Source: Oxynema aestuarii AP17
Lineage (GTDB): Bacteria > Cyanobacteriota > Cyanobacteriia > Cyanobacteriales > Laspinemataceae
Reading direction: 5' to 3'
Length of the DNA: 64,000 nt
Assembly (NCBI RefSeq): GCF_012295525.1
Contig: NZ_CP051167.1
Coordinates: 5,557,299 to 5,621,298 of the forward strand
Shown: piece by piece, positions 23,016-31,202 of the stretch
Layout of the letters: each line of letters starts with the position of its first letter
Numbering within the stretch: position 1 is the stretch's first letter
Notes under the pieces: generated by a model
Seen by the model: the letters and a program-made list of their open reading frames with translations, nothing else
Database searches by the model: none
What the model was told of the DNA's origin: nothing
Position numbers and translations under genes: made by a program

Positions 23016-23369
23016 ATGAAAATCGCGCAACCTGTCCCCCAAGAAGTCGTACAGTACGTTGCGGACTACTTTAGTATCTTGAGCGAGCCGATGCGCTTAA
23101 AGCTCTTAAATCTCTTACGTGACGGTGAAAAATGCGTTCAAGAACTCGTCGAAGCGACCGATACCAGTCAGGCGAATGTCTCCAAACACCTCAAAGTGAT
23201 GTTGCAAGCGGGGATCCTCAGCCGTCGGAGTGAAGGCACTTCTGCTTACTACCGCGTCGAGGATCCCCTAATTTTTGACCTGTGTAACTTGGTGTGCGAT
23301 CGCCTCGCCGCCCGCATCGAAGAACAAGCCCGCCAATTCCGGGCCTTAAGTTTCACGAGCAAAAAGTAA
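23016..23369 (+). CDS. ArsR/SmtB-family metalloregulatory transcriptional repressor
   Basis: LSEPMRLKLLNLLRDGEKCVQELVEATDTSQANVSKHLKVMLQAGILSRRSEGTSAYYRV. Winged HTH of the ArsR family. Confidence 0.85.
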   Translation: MKIAQPVPQEVVQYVADYFSILSEPMRLKLLNLLRDGEKCVQELVEATDTSQANVSKHLKVMLQAGILSRRSEGTSAYYRVEDPLIFDLCNLVCDRLAARIEEQARQFRALSFTSKK

Positions 23370-23424
23370 ACCACTCCCCACACCCATGACGTGGGGAGCG
23401 TCGTTAACCCACGTCTGAAGGGGT

Positions 23425-24042
23425 TTACAGCGAAAATTCTCGATCGAAAATCTCCCGGGTAATCGGTTGGGGAACTTCCAACCCTTCACCGCCGAGCAAT
23501 TCTAACGGTTCTCCGCCGACAGAAATCCACACGGGAGCATTGGGATTTAAACTGGTGGCCGTGTAAACAATTTGTCCCAAGCGCCCCATCATCGAACTAC
23601 TGCCGCCCCCACTGGTAAATTCAGCAGACAAATCGACGAAGACTCCGTTTTCTTTAACGCTAACGTCGAGTAACTTCGTTTCCGGCGGGATGGCGCTGAA
23701 CCCTCGAACTTCACCGGATTGAGAAAATAAACGCTCGAAAGCGGCTCTCAACAAGGCGTCGGGTTCGGCAGATGCTTCTACGGAAACTGGGGTCGATTCG
23801 AGCTTGAACTCGGTTCCCGTATCTTCGAGCAAGTAAATTTCTACCTTTTGCGCTTCAGTCGGTAGGGTCGCGGGGGTCTCGGTTTGGGGTGCGACGGTGG
23901 CGGTGGGACTGGGGTCGGGGGTTGCAGAGGGTTGGGATTTGAAAACCCACCAAGCCGTAGCACCCCCTGCCGCGATCGCGACAGTGGCACCGAGGGCGAC
24001 AATCCCGACGGGAACGCGGCGCGTGTTTGGTTGGTTTTGCAT
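23425..24042 (-). CDS. membrane-anchored hypothetical protein (possible GerMN-like domain)
   Basis: N-terminal transmembrane helix (VGIVALGATVAIAAGGATAWWVF), a Thr/Pro-rich spacer, then a ~130-aa globular domain. Family assignment is tentative. Confidence 0.5.
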   Translation of the reverse strand: MQNQPNTRRVPVGIVALGATVAIAAGGATAWWVFKSQPSATPDPSPTATVAPQTETPATLPTEAQKVEIYLLEDTGTEFKLESTPVSVEASAEPDALLRAAFERLFSQSGEVRGFSAIPPETKLLDVSVKENGVFVDLSAEFTSGGGSSSMMGRLGQIVYTATSLNPNAPVWISVGGEPLELLGGEGLEVPQPITREIFDREFSL

Positions 24043-24260
24043 GATATCAATGTGCTCCTTTTGGATTCGAGAATAGTCGATCTAAATCGGGCGATCGCGG
24101 GGCGAAACCCGAACCGGGTAAGGTTGGACGCGCAGTCCTCCTCGGTTGCTCGCACTCGACTCCGTTCGCGACGGTCGGATCTGCGATTCCCTCGAGTGAC
24201 GTTCTCCCGACGCTGACCTATGCGCTTCGCGCAGGCTTCGCCAACGGTACAGCGCGGGCT

Positions 24261-25502
24261 TCACTGGATCGCTCCAGCGACTACCTGCTTCGTTCGGTCT
24301 TGTCTAGGCAATGCCCCCGACAGAACCCGTCCACAGGCGATTTCATCAGCCGTGAGACCCACGACTGAGAGGCCACGATTGCGAATAACTTGAGCGCTGG
24401 CAACATCTCTGGGCTTGATGGAACCGCATTCACCGCAATGGTGAATGCGGTCTTTTAGTTCCTTGCGGACTTGAGCCCCACACTCAGGGCATTCCTGGCT
24501 GGTGCCTCTAGGGTTGACCTTGCTGTAGTAGACACCACGCTTCCAGCACACCCACGGCAGCACAATGTTGACGAACTGACCCAAGCCAGCATCAACCATC
24601 TGTTTGCCAAGGAAGCCCTTAGCGAGTGTCCTGAAGTCCAAGTCTTCAACAAATATTATCCCGGCTCGATCGCAGAGATGATGAGCCAGCTTAAACTGCC
24701 AGTCCAGACGGTAATTCGCAATATTTTCGTGAACTCGACCGATCCGCTCGATTAACTTGAGCCAGTTTTTCGACCCCTTCTGCTTCCCTTTTAGCCTACG
24801 TTGCAGCGATTTCAGCTTGCGGTGCAGCTTATTGAAGAAACGAGGACGAGAAACCTGCTCGCCATCAGAGGTGGATAGAAAATACTCCAGACCCACATCC
24901 AGCCCCAGGGCATGACCTTCTGGCGGGATGTCGGGTACATCAACGTTGGCTTTTAGAATCAGCATGACGTACCAGCCTGAATGCTTCCGCACGACCCGAA
25001 CAGCTTTCAGATCGAAGCCCTCTGGGATGGGGCGATGCAAGTTGATAGGCACCTGCCCGATCTTTGGCAGCTTAATGCTGTTGCCATCAATCGCCTCACC
25101 TTTGATCTGCGGAAACAGAAATGACCGCATCCGACCAAATTTCTTGAACCGAGGAAACCCAGTTCGCTTTTGGTGGAAGGCGACGAAAGCAGCATCAACC
25201 CTCCCCATGACATCCTGAAGCACCTGAGAATGAACCGCTTTGAGTTCAGGATTGGTTTTCTTAGCTTCAGTTAACGCCTTCTTCTGACGGTAGTAATTGT
25301 ACTCCTTCTGGAGAGTGCAAGCATTGACCGAGCACTTCCGACTGTCGATCCAGTCCTTGCGCTCCCCGACCGCATAGTTGTAAACCTGGCGGCAAGTCTC
25401 CAGCCAATTCAGCATCTGGAGTTCTTGTTCGAGATCTGGGTAAATCCGGTATGAGTAGGTCAATACAAGCATGTAACTCTTATAACTTAGGAGAAACAGC
25501 AA
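24261..25502 (-). CDS. tnpB: IS200/IS605-family TnpB (OrfB) RNA-guided endonuclease-like transposon protein
   Basis: 413 aa. OrfB N-terminal region (YSYRIYPDLEQE...CRQVYNYAV), RuvC-like core, and a C-terminal zinc finger CPECGAQV...HHCGECG. No adjacent tnpA (Y1 transposase). Confidence 0.9.
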   Translation of the reverse strand: MLFLLSYKSYMLVLTYSYRIYPDLEQELQMLNWLETCRQVYNYAVGERKDWIDSRKCSVNACTLQKEYNYYRQKKALTEAKKTNPELKAVHSQVLQDVMGRVDAAFVAFHQKRTGFPRFKKFGRMRSFLFPQIKGEAIDGNSIKLPKIGQVPINLHRPIPEGFDLKAVRVVRKHSGWYVMLILKANVDVPDIPPEGHALGLDVGLEYFLSTSDGEQVSRPRFFNKLHRKLKSLQRRLKGKQKGSKNWLKLIERIGRVHENIANYRLDWQFKLAHHLCDRAGIIFVEDLDFRTLAKGFLGKQMVDAGLGQFVNIVLPWVCWKRGVYYSKVNPRGTSQECPECGAQVRKELKDRIHHCGECGSIKPRDVASAQVIRNRGLSVVGLTADEIACGRVLSGALPRQDRTKQVVAGAIQ

Positions 25503-25801
25503 TGCTCCCTAGAAAATCGCGAAAGAGTATGGCGACTCCATTCCACTCCATCGCCTCGGCTTTCATCCCGACACTCACGCTTCGCGTAGAGTGCGGGGCT
25601 TCCCGCCGATTCAGCTAAAAAACAGGAATAAATCTACAAACCTGCCGATCTTGGAGGCCATGACTGCCCCCGAGCCAACCCGAAACGGGACAAAAGCAAG
25701 ATCGATGTTGTCCCGGTGTCTTCGAGGTGATGCCTCGCCATGACAACCCTTTCAAAACTACAACCAATTCCCCCGAATTTCCAGAAAAGCGGCGATCGCC
25801 C

Positions 25802-26617
25802 TCACGGCGAAATGGGCGCACTGGCATCCTGAATTTTGATAAATCCCGCGATTTCGATCGCCTCGTCGGTCATCGAAAATTCTAAAATCCGGGCGAGTAA
25901 GCCCCGGTCTTCATATTGTTGCAAGTTGGCCCGTTCTCTAACCGCTTTGGCAATCAATTCGATCGCCTTCGGGGGTAATTCGCGATCGCCGAGTGAGATC
26001 TTGGGTTCGACCAGTTCGAGGCGATGTCCGGAAATTACGGCTAAACCGGAATTAACCCGAACTTGCAAACTTTCCCCATCGCGACGATCGCGGATTTCGA
26101 CTTGGAAGGCGAGGCGATCGTTGCCGAGGAAGTCCAATCGCGGGTTGACGACTTCATAACGATCGCCCTGGGTTTCGGCGGCAGTTCCTTCGGCGATCTG
26201 TTCGCCGACGACGCCAACTTGTTCGAGAAAGGCGGGGGACTGAATAAACCGATTGAGGTCGGCTTCCGTCAACACCAAACGCACGGCCCCTTGAAGGGGT
26301 TCGCGCAAAAAGAGCGGTAACGATTCGCTTCCTTCTTCGCGCAGGCGATCGAGGTCTACGTTGAGGCGATCGGTTTCCAACTCTAATGTATCGATCCGCA
26401 AGTCGGGCGTGAGATATAATCCGCGCCCGGCCACCCGCAGGCGATCGATCTTGCCCCCAAACCAAAGATAGTTGGGGGAATTGTCCATGCGAACGGTCAA
26501 ATTGTCGGCAGAATGAAGGCCGGAAAGAACGGCTTTCTCGGCGGCGGTATCGAACACGGTGCCGACGGGCGAACCGAGGCCGAGCAGTCCGGCGAGTACG
26601 ATTGTGAGAAATTCCAT
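25802..26617 (-). CDS. exported hypothetical protein (possibly DUF2993/LmeA-like)
   Basis: N-terminal signal-like segment MEFLTIVLAGLLGLGSP. No catalytic motifs. Family assignment is from memory only. Confidence 0.5.
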   Translation of the reverse strand: MEFLTIVLAGLLGLGSPVGTVFDTAAEKAVLSGLHSADNLTVRMDNSPNYLWFGGKIDRLRVAGRGLYLTPDLRIDTLELETDRLNVDLDRLREEGSESLPLFLREPLQGAVRLVLTEADLNRFIQSPAFLEQVGVVGEQIAEGTAAETQGDRYEVVNPRLDFLGNDRLAFQVEIRDRRDGESLQVRVNSGLAVISGHRLELVEPKISLGDRELPPKAIELIAKAVRERANLQQYEDRGLLARILEFSMTDEAIEIAGFIKIQDASAPISP

Positions 26618-26720
26618 AGTTTGGGGAAGTTTTGGGACGCGGGAGCCAAGAGGGGGGAGGGGAGTAGAAAGTCTGGGGTGCGGGCGTCTTGCCTGGTCGA
26701 TCGGAAACAGAGGCTCTATC

Positions 26721-26764
26721 GAAAATCTTAAAATCTACAATCTACAATCTACAATCTACAATCC
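26721..26764. repeat. heptanucleotide tandem repeat (aatctac x5)
   Basis: gaaaatcttaaaatctacaatctacaatctacaatctacaatcc, immediately 3' of the HEAT-repeat gene. Confidence 0.5.
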
Positions 26765-29098
26765 CCACTCTGCTACGATTTTTTCGGCAAACTGGCGAAC
26801 CGCAGGATCGGTATCTTGGGTCTGGCGATCGCGCAAAATTTGTACGGTTTCGGGACGATCGCCATAGCGATCGCACAAACATTCTAAAGCCGTTTGTCGG
26901 GGATTGAGTTTGCCATCTTCCGGCGATTTAAACGGGTCTTGGGTGGCGCGATCGCGCAGAAATTCAAATAATAAACCCTCGTCACTCATGCCTCGGGCGA
27001 GATATTGAACGGCGGCATGACGGACGAACGAATCTTCATCTTTAATGGCCCGTTCTTTGAGAAGGGCGATCGTTTCTGGTAGTTCGATCCAGCCGCGAAA
27101 GAGTTCTTTAATCGCCGCCAATCGAACGGCCCAATTTTCATCAGATCCGGCACAGTTTTTGAGTATTGAAAATGTTTCCGAATCGTCAAACCATCCGGCA
27201 GCCAGTTCTTGCAACGCCACGATCCGCACGTCCCAATCGGGATCGGACTCGACCCGCTCTTGCAGTAAGGTCAGCGTTTCCGGGCGACCGTAATATCCGG
27301 TGGCGAGTTCGCTGAGGGCAGCCATTTTAACATCGGAGCTGGAGTCTTCGACGGCCAAGGTTTCGAGGGTTTCGATCGTATCGGTTTCGCCTTTCCAACC
27401 TTTGACGAGTTCGTGAAGGGCGGCTTCGCGCACTTGCCAAGCGCGATCGCCCGTGGTGGTACGTTGCAGGAGACTGAGGGTTTCCGGGCGATCGAACCAT
27501 CCGGTGACCAGTTGCTCGACGGCGGCGATGCGCACCTGCCAATCGGCATCAGTTTGGGTGCGATCGCCCAGCCAGGGGGCGGTGTCGGGGCGATCGCACC
27601 CTTGGGCGGCCACGGCTTGCACGGCGCTGACGCGCACTTGCCAGGTTTCCTTGGGCGTCGCGCACTGTTTGAGCCAGTCGAGGCGATCGCCGGGGGTGAT
27701 TCTCATGCTGGCGATCGCCTCGATCGCCCGTCGGCGCACGTGCCAATCGGCATCGGTAGTGGCGATTTCGCGCAGTAATTTTTCGACCCTTGCTTCGATT
27801 TCCGGTCGATTGAGCCATTCGGCGGCCAGTTCGCGGACGATGCTGCGACGCACGCGCCAATCGGCATCTTCCCGGGCGAGGGTTTGCAGGACCGAGAAGG
27901 TTTCGGGGCGATCGGGGTAGGTGTGGGCGAGTTCGCGGGCGGCTGTTTCGCGCACGTCCGGTTCGCGATCGCCCGTAGCGAGGGTTTGCAGGAGGGAGAA
28001 GGTTTCGAGATCGTCTCGATAATGTTGGGCCAGGGCTTCGACGGCGGCTTCGCGTACCAACCAGTCGCGATCGTCTTTAATCAGGGTTTTGAGTAAGGGT
28101 TCGGTGGCGGAATTTTTGGGGGCGTAGGTGGCCAGTCCGCGCAGGGCACTGGCCCGGGTAATGTCGGAACCGGGGGTTTTGGCGAGGGTTTCGAGCCACT
28201 GGAGGGTCTCGGGATCGCGGTTCCAGCCTCGGGCGATTTCGTCTACGGCGCTCATGCGGATCGAGTCGTAGGCGTCGGACTGGGCGAGGGTTTTCAGCCA
28301 GTGGAGGGTCTCGGGATCTCCGGGAGAGAGGTTGGCGATCGCGCTGACGGCTTTGAGGGCGATCGGGAAGCGACGGTCGGCGACGCCGCGATCGCGTAGG
28401 AACGCCGAAGGGGTATCGCACAACTGCCGGAGGCGATCGCGCACGGTGGCGGTGAGGGGAGCCATTTCGGCGCGATCGCCGCGACTGGCGAGGCAGGTGG
28501 CGGCGAGGAACAGGTTGAGGAAATTGGCGTTTTCGCCGTCGAGGTGGAGTAAATAGTCGATCAGTTCGCCAGCCAGTTCGCGATCGGCGATCGCCACAAT
28601 TTCTACGAGAATTTCGTGCCAGGTTTCGTCAAACCAGCGTTCGCCAAAAATCCGAGTTTTGAGGGTTTCGCGGGTTAAACTGTCCTCTACATTCGGACTT
28701 TCGAGGCGCTGGCAGACCGATTGGGCGTAGGCGAGCGCTTTCACTTTTTGCAAGTAAGCACGAGCGAGATCGGACCAACTCCACAGATCCGGCAACGGCG
28801 GTAAGTGCAGGTCCGCCCAAGATCTGGGAAAAACTTCGAGTTCCAGGGTCGGGCTTTGGGGGGTGAAGGCCGAGAGTAAGGTGGTTTTGACCGACGGGCG
28901 ATCGAGAAATTTTTGGAATGGTTCGCGATATTGGGCGATCGCCTCCGCCTCCAGCCCCGCATCCTCTAACTCCAACTGCACTAAGTGCAGAAAAATCGTG
29001 AAAGCCGCTTTGAGATTTTCCGGCTCCTCTGCCCCCACTATCGGCGGGTCGAGGAGAGGTTGAAACGTCAAACTAACAGCGTTGGCTACTCCCTGCAT
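26756..29098 (-). CDS. HEAT-repeat (PBS-lyase/E-Z type) domain protein, 780 aa
   Basis: At least 12 tandem ~31-aa units of the form D(W/P)xVRxxA(V/I)xxL(A/V)xxW (e.g. DWQVRIAAVEQLVTGW, AWQVREAALHELVKGW, DWDVRIVALQELAAGW). N-terminal non-repeat region. Confidence 0.85.
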   Translation of the reverse strand: MQGVANAVSLTFQPLLDPPIVGAEEPENLKAAFTIFLHLVQLELEDAGLEAEAIAQYREPFQKFLDRPSVKTTLLSAFTPQSPTLELEVFPRSWADLHLPPLPDLWSWSDLARAYLQKVKALAYAQSVCQRLESPNVEDSLTRETLKTRIFGERWFDETWHEILVEIVAIADRELAGELIDYLLHLDGENANFLNLFLAATCLASRGDRAEMAPLTATVRDRLRQLCDTPSAFLRDRGVADRRFPIALKAVSAIANLSPGDPETLHWLKTLAQSDAYDSIRMSAVDEIARGWNRDPETLQWLETLAKTPGSDITRASALRGLATYAPKNSATEPLLKTLIKDDRDWLVREAAVEALAQHYRDDLETFSLLQTLATGDREPDVRETAARELAHTYPDRPETFSVLQTLAREDADWRVRRSIVRELAAEWLNRPEIEARVEKLLREIATTDADWHVRRRAIEAIASMRITPGDRLDWLKQCATPKETWQVRVSAVQAVAAQGCDRPDTAPWLGDRTQTDADWQVRIAAVEQLVTGWFDRPETLSLLQRTTTGDRAWQVREAALHELVKGWKGETDTIETLETLAVEDSSSDVKMAALSELATGYYGRPETLTLLQERVESDPDWDVRIVALQELAAGWFDDSETFSILKNCAGSDENWAVRLAAIKELFRGWIELPETIALLKERAIKDEDSFVRHAAVQYLARGMSDEGLLFEFLRDRATQDPFKSPEDGKLNPRQTALECLCDRYGDRPETVQILRDRQTQDTDPAVRQFAEKIVAEWGL

Positions 29099-29584
29099 CG
29101 GTGCTTACTCCGCGATCGTCCTCTGCTCATCCGAGTATAGCCCTTCGTCCCGTTCGTGTCGCTATTCGAGCCAGCCCGAACCCCGGACTCCGGACATCCT
29201 ACTCACCTCCCCCACCCGCCAGAAATTCAGTCACCGGGCGATCGCGATTCCACCGCTTCTTACCTTGCCGACAATAACCGCTTTAAAATATAGCTATCCT
29301 CTCTAAGTTGTTTCATCCAGCGATCGTCAGGCATCCCTGTAGGGAAACAGAATTGCCGTATCCCTAAAAATCATGAATTTTACAACAACATTCGTGATAG
29401 CCATCTAAGAGACTTTTTATCAAGAAAATCTCAAAGAATCTAGGGGTTTGCTTACCAAACTCCTACAGGATCCTCAAACATGACTCTTAATGTTTATTTT
29501 ATAAACAATCTCCAAAAGAAATACAGCATTTTCCTCTGCTCTGCAAGACATTTAGATCCCCCTAAATCCCCCTTGAAAAGGGCG

Positions 29585-29660
29585 ACTTTCCTCGTTCCCC
29601 CCTTACTAAGGGGGGTTAGGGGGGATAAAAACTATCCCTCATCAGACGCCCGCGTGCTGT
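29585..29660. repeat. left ~75-bp inverted repeat bracketing the Uma2 gene pair
   Basis: The reverse complement of 29585-29660 matches 30904-30980 with only a few mismatches (acagcac[g/t]cggg[c/t]gtctgatgagggatagtttttatcccccctaacccccttag...). Contains an internal G/C hairpin ccccccttactaagggggg. Confidence 0.7.
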
Positions 29661-29685
29661 AACTTAAAATCACCTCAAAACAAAA

Positions 29686-30264
29686 ATGAATACAATTACA
29701 ATTGATTTAAATTCAATTACCCCAATTGATGACGAACAATTTTATCAACTTTGTCGCGCCAATCCCGAACTCAAATTTGAACGCAACGCCAATGGAGAAA
29801 TCCTCATCATGTCGCCGACCGGAGGAGAAACAGGGAATTGCAATATTGAGATTGCCGCCGATTTTGTCTTTTGGAACCGCCAAACCAAATTAGGGAAATT
29901 ATTCGATTCTTCCACCTGTTTTAAATTGCCAAATGGCGCCAACCGTTCTCCCGATTTGGCTTGGGTGAAGGTGGAGAGATGGGAGGGACTGACGGCGACA
30001 GAAAAAGAGAAATTTCCACCCCTTGCACCGGATTTTGTCTTGGAGTTGAAGTCACCCACAGACCGCCTCAGCACTTTACAGGCTAAACTCGAAGAATATA
30101 TCGAAAATGGGGTGAAATTAGCTTGGTTAATTGACCGAGAAACAGATCGCGTCGAGGTCTATCGAACGGGACGGGATAAGCAGGTTTTCGAGAAACCAGC
30201 CACTTTATCTGGAGAAGAAATTTTACCCGGTTTTGTTTTATCTTTTGAGGAAATTTGGAAATAG
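29686..30264 (+). CDS. Uma2-family (DUF820) putative restriction-endonuclease-like protein, copy 1
   Basis: 192 aa. ELKFERNANGEILIMSP, PDLAWVKVERW, PDFVLELKSPTD, KLEEYIENGVKLAWLIDRETDRVEVYR. These match the Uma2 PD-(D/E)XK-like signature blocks. Confidence 0.85.
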   Translation: MNTITIDLNSITPIDDEQFYQLCRANPELKFERNANGEILIMSPTGGETGNCNIEIAADFVFWNRQTKLGKLFDSSTCFKLPNGANRSPDLAWVKVERWEGLTATEKEKFPPLAPDFVLELKSPTDRLSTLQAKLEEYIENGVKLAWLIDRETDRVEVYRTGRDKQVFEKPATLSGEEILPGFVLSFEEIWK

Positions 30265-30313
30265 ACTTTTGATTTAAAAGCGAATTTAACTTTTATTTTA
30301 ATAAATCCAAAAA

Positions 30314-30892
30314 ATGAATATAATTACTCTTGACTTAAAACCGCTTTGTGCGATCGATGACGAACAATTTTATCAACTTTGTCGCGCCAATCCCGAACTC
30401 AAATTTGAACGCAACGCCAATGGAGAAATCCTCATCATGTCGCCGACGGGAGGAGAAACAGGAAACTGCAATGCAGAATTATTAATCGAATTTGGCATTT
30501 GGAACCGCCAAACCAAATTAGGGAAATTATTCGATTCTTCCACCTGTTTTAAATTGCCAAATGGCGCCAACCGTTCTCCCGATTTGGCTTGGGTGAAGGT
30601 GGAGAGATGGGACGGACTGACGGCGACAGAAAAAGAGAAATTTCCACCCCTTGCACCGGATTTTGTCTTGGAGTTGAAGTCACCCACAGACCACCTCAGC
30701 ACTTTGCAGGCTAAACTCGAAGAATATATCGAAAATGGGGTGAAATTAGCTTGGTTAATTGACCGAGAAACAAATCGCGTCGAGGTCTATCGACCGGGAC
30801 GGGATAAGCAAGTTTTTGAGAAACCAGCCACTTTATCTGGAGAAGAAATTTTACCCGGTTTTGTTTTATCTTTTGAGGAAATTTGGAAATAG
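30314..30892 (+). CDS. Uma2-family (DUF820) putative endonuclease, copy 2 (tandem paralog)
   Basis: 192 aa, ~90% identical to copy 1 at DNA and protein level. Differences are concentrated in residues ~3-15 and ~52-66 (NIEIAADFVFW vs NAELLIEFGIW). Confidence 0.85.
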   Translation: MNIITLDLKPLCAIDDEQFYQLCRANPELKFERNANGEILIMSPTGGETGNCNAELLIEFGIWNRQTKLGKLFDSSTCFKLPNGANRSPDLAWVKVERWDGLTATEKEKFPPLAPDFVLELKSPTDHLSTLQAKLEEYIENGVKLAWLIDRETNRVEVYRPGRDKQVFEKPATLSGEEILPGFVLSFEEIWK

Positions 30893-30903
30893 TTATTAAA
30901 TAT

Positions 30904-30980
30904 ACAGCACTCGGGTGTCTGATGAGGGATAGTTTTTATCCCCCCTAACCCCCTTAGAAAGGGGGGGACGAGGGAGAAAA
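30904..30980. repeat. right inverted repeat partner of 29585-29660
   Basis: See the left repeat. Near-identical in reverse orientation. Confidence 0.7.
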
Positions 30981-31202
30981 ATACTGTAGTTATCCTATGC
31001 GAGTCGTGACCTTGATTTCCAACTATTTTAGGATGGCTCTATAGACCTCTAAAAAAGTTGCTGCAAGCTGCTATTTTTCAAGAGATTTGGGGTGATTTTG
31101 TTTCATGATGCAAGAGCGATAAGCAAAAAACCCGGTGTCTTCAGATTGTAATTGCAAGTAACTAAACTACCGTAAATAGTCGTCATCACAATTTCAAAAG
31201 AA

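Noticed and set aside
24200-25600. cgcttcgcg-containing motifs near both ends of tnpB that resemble the 34-bp ftsI-flanking element
   Set aside because: Only ~9 bp are shared (cgcttcgcg plus context). Too short to claim a relationship.
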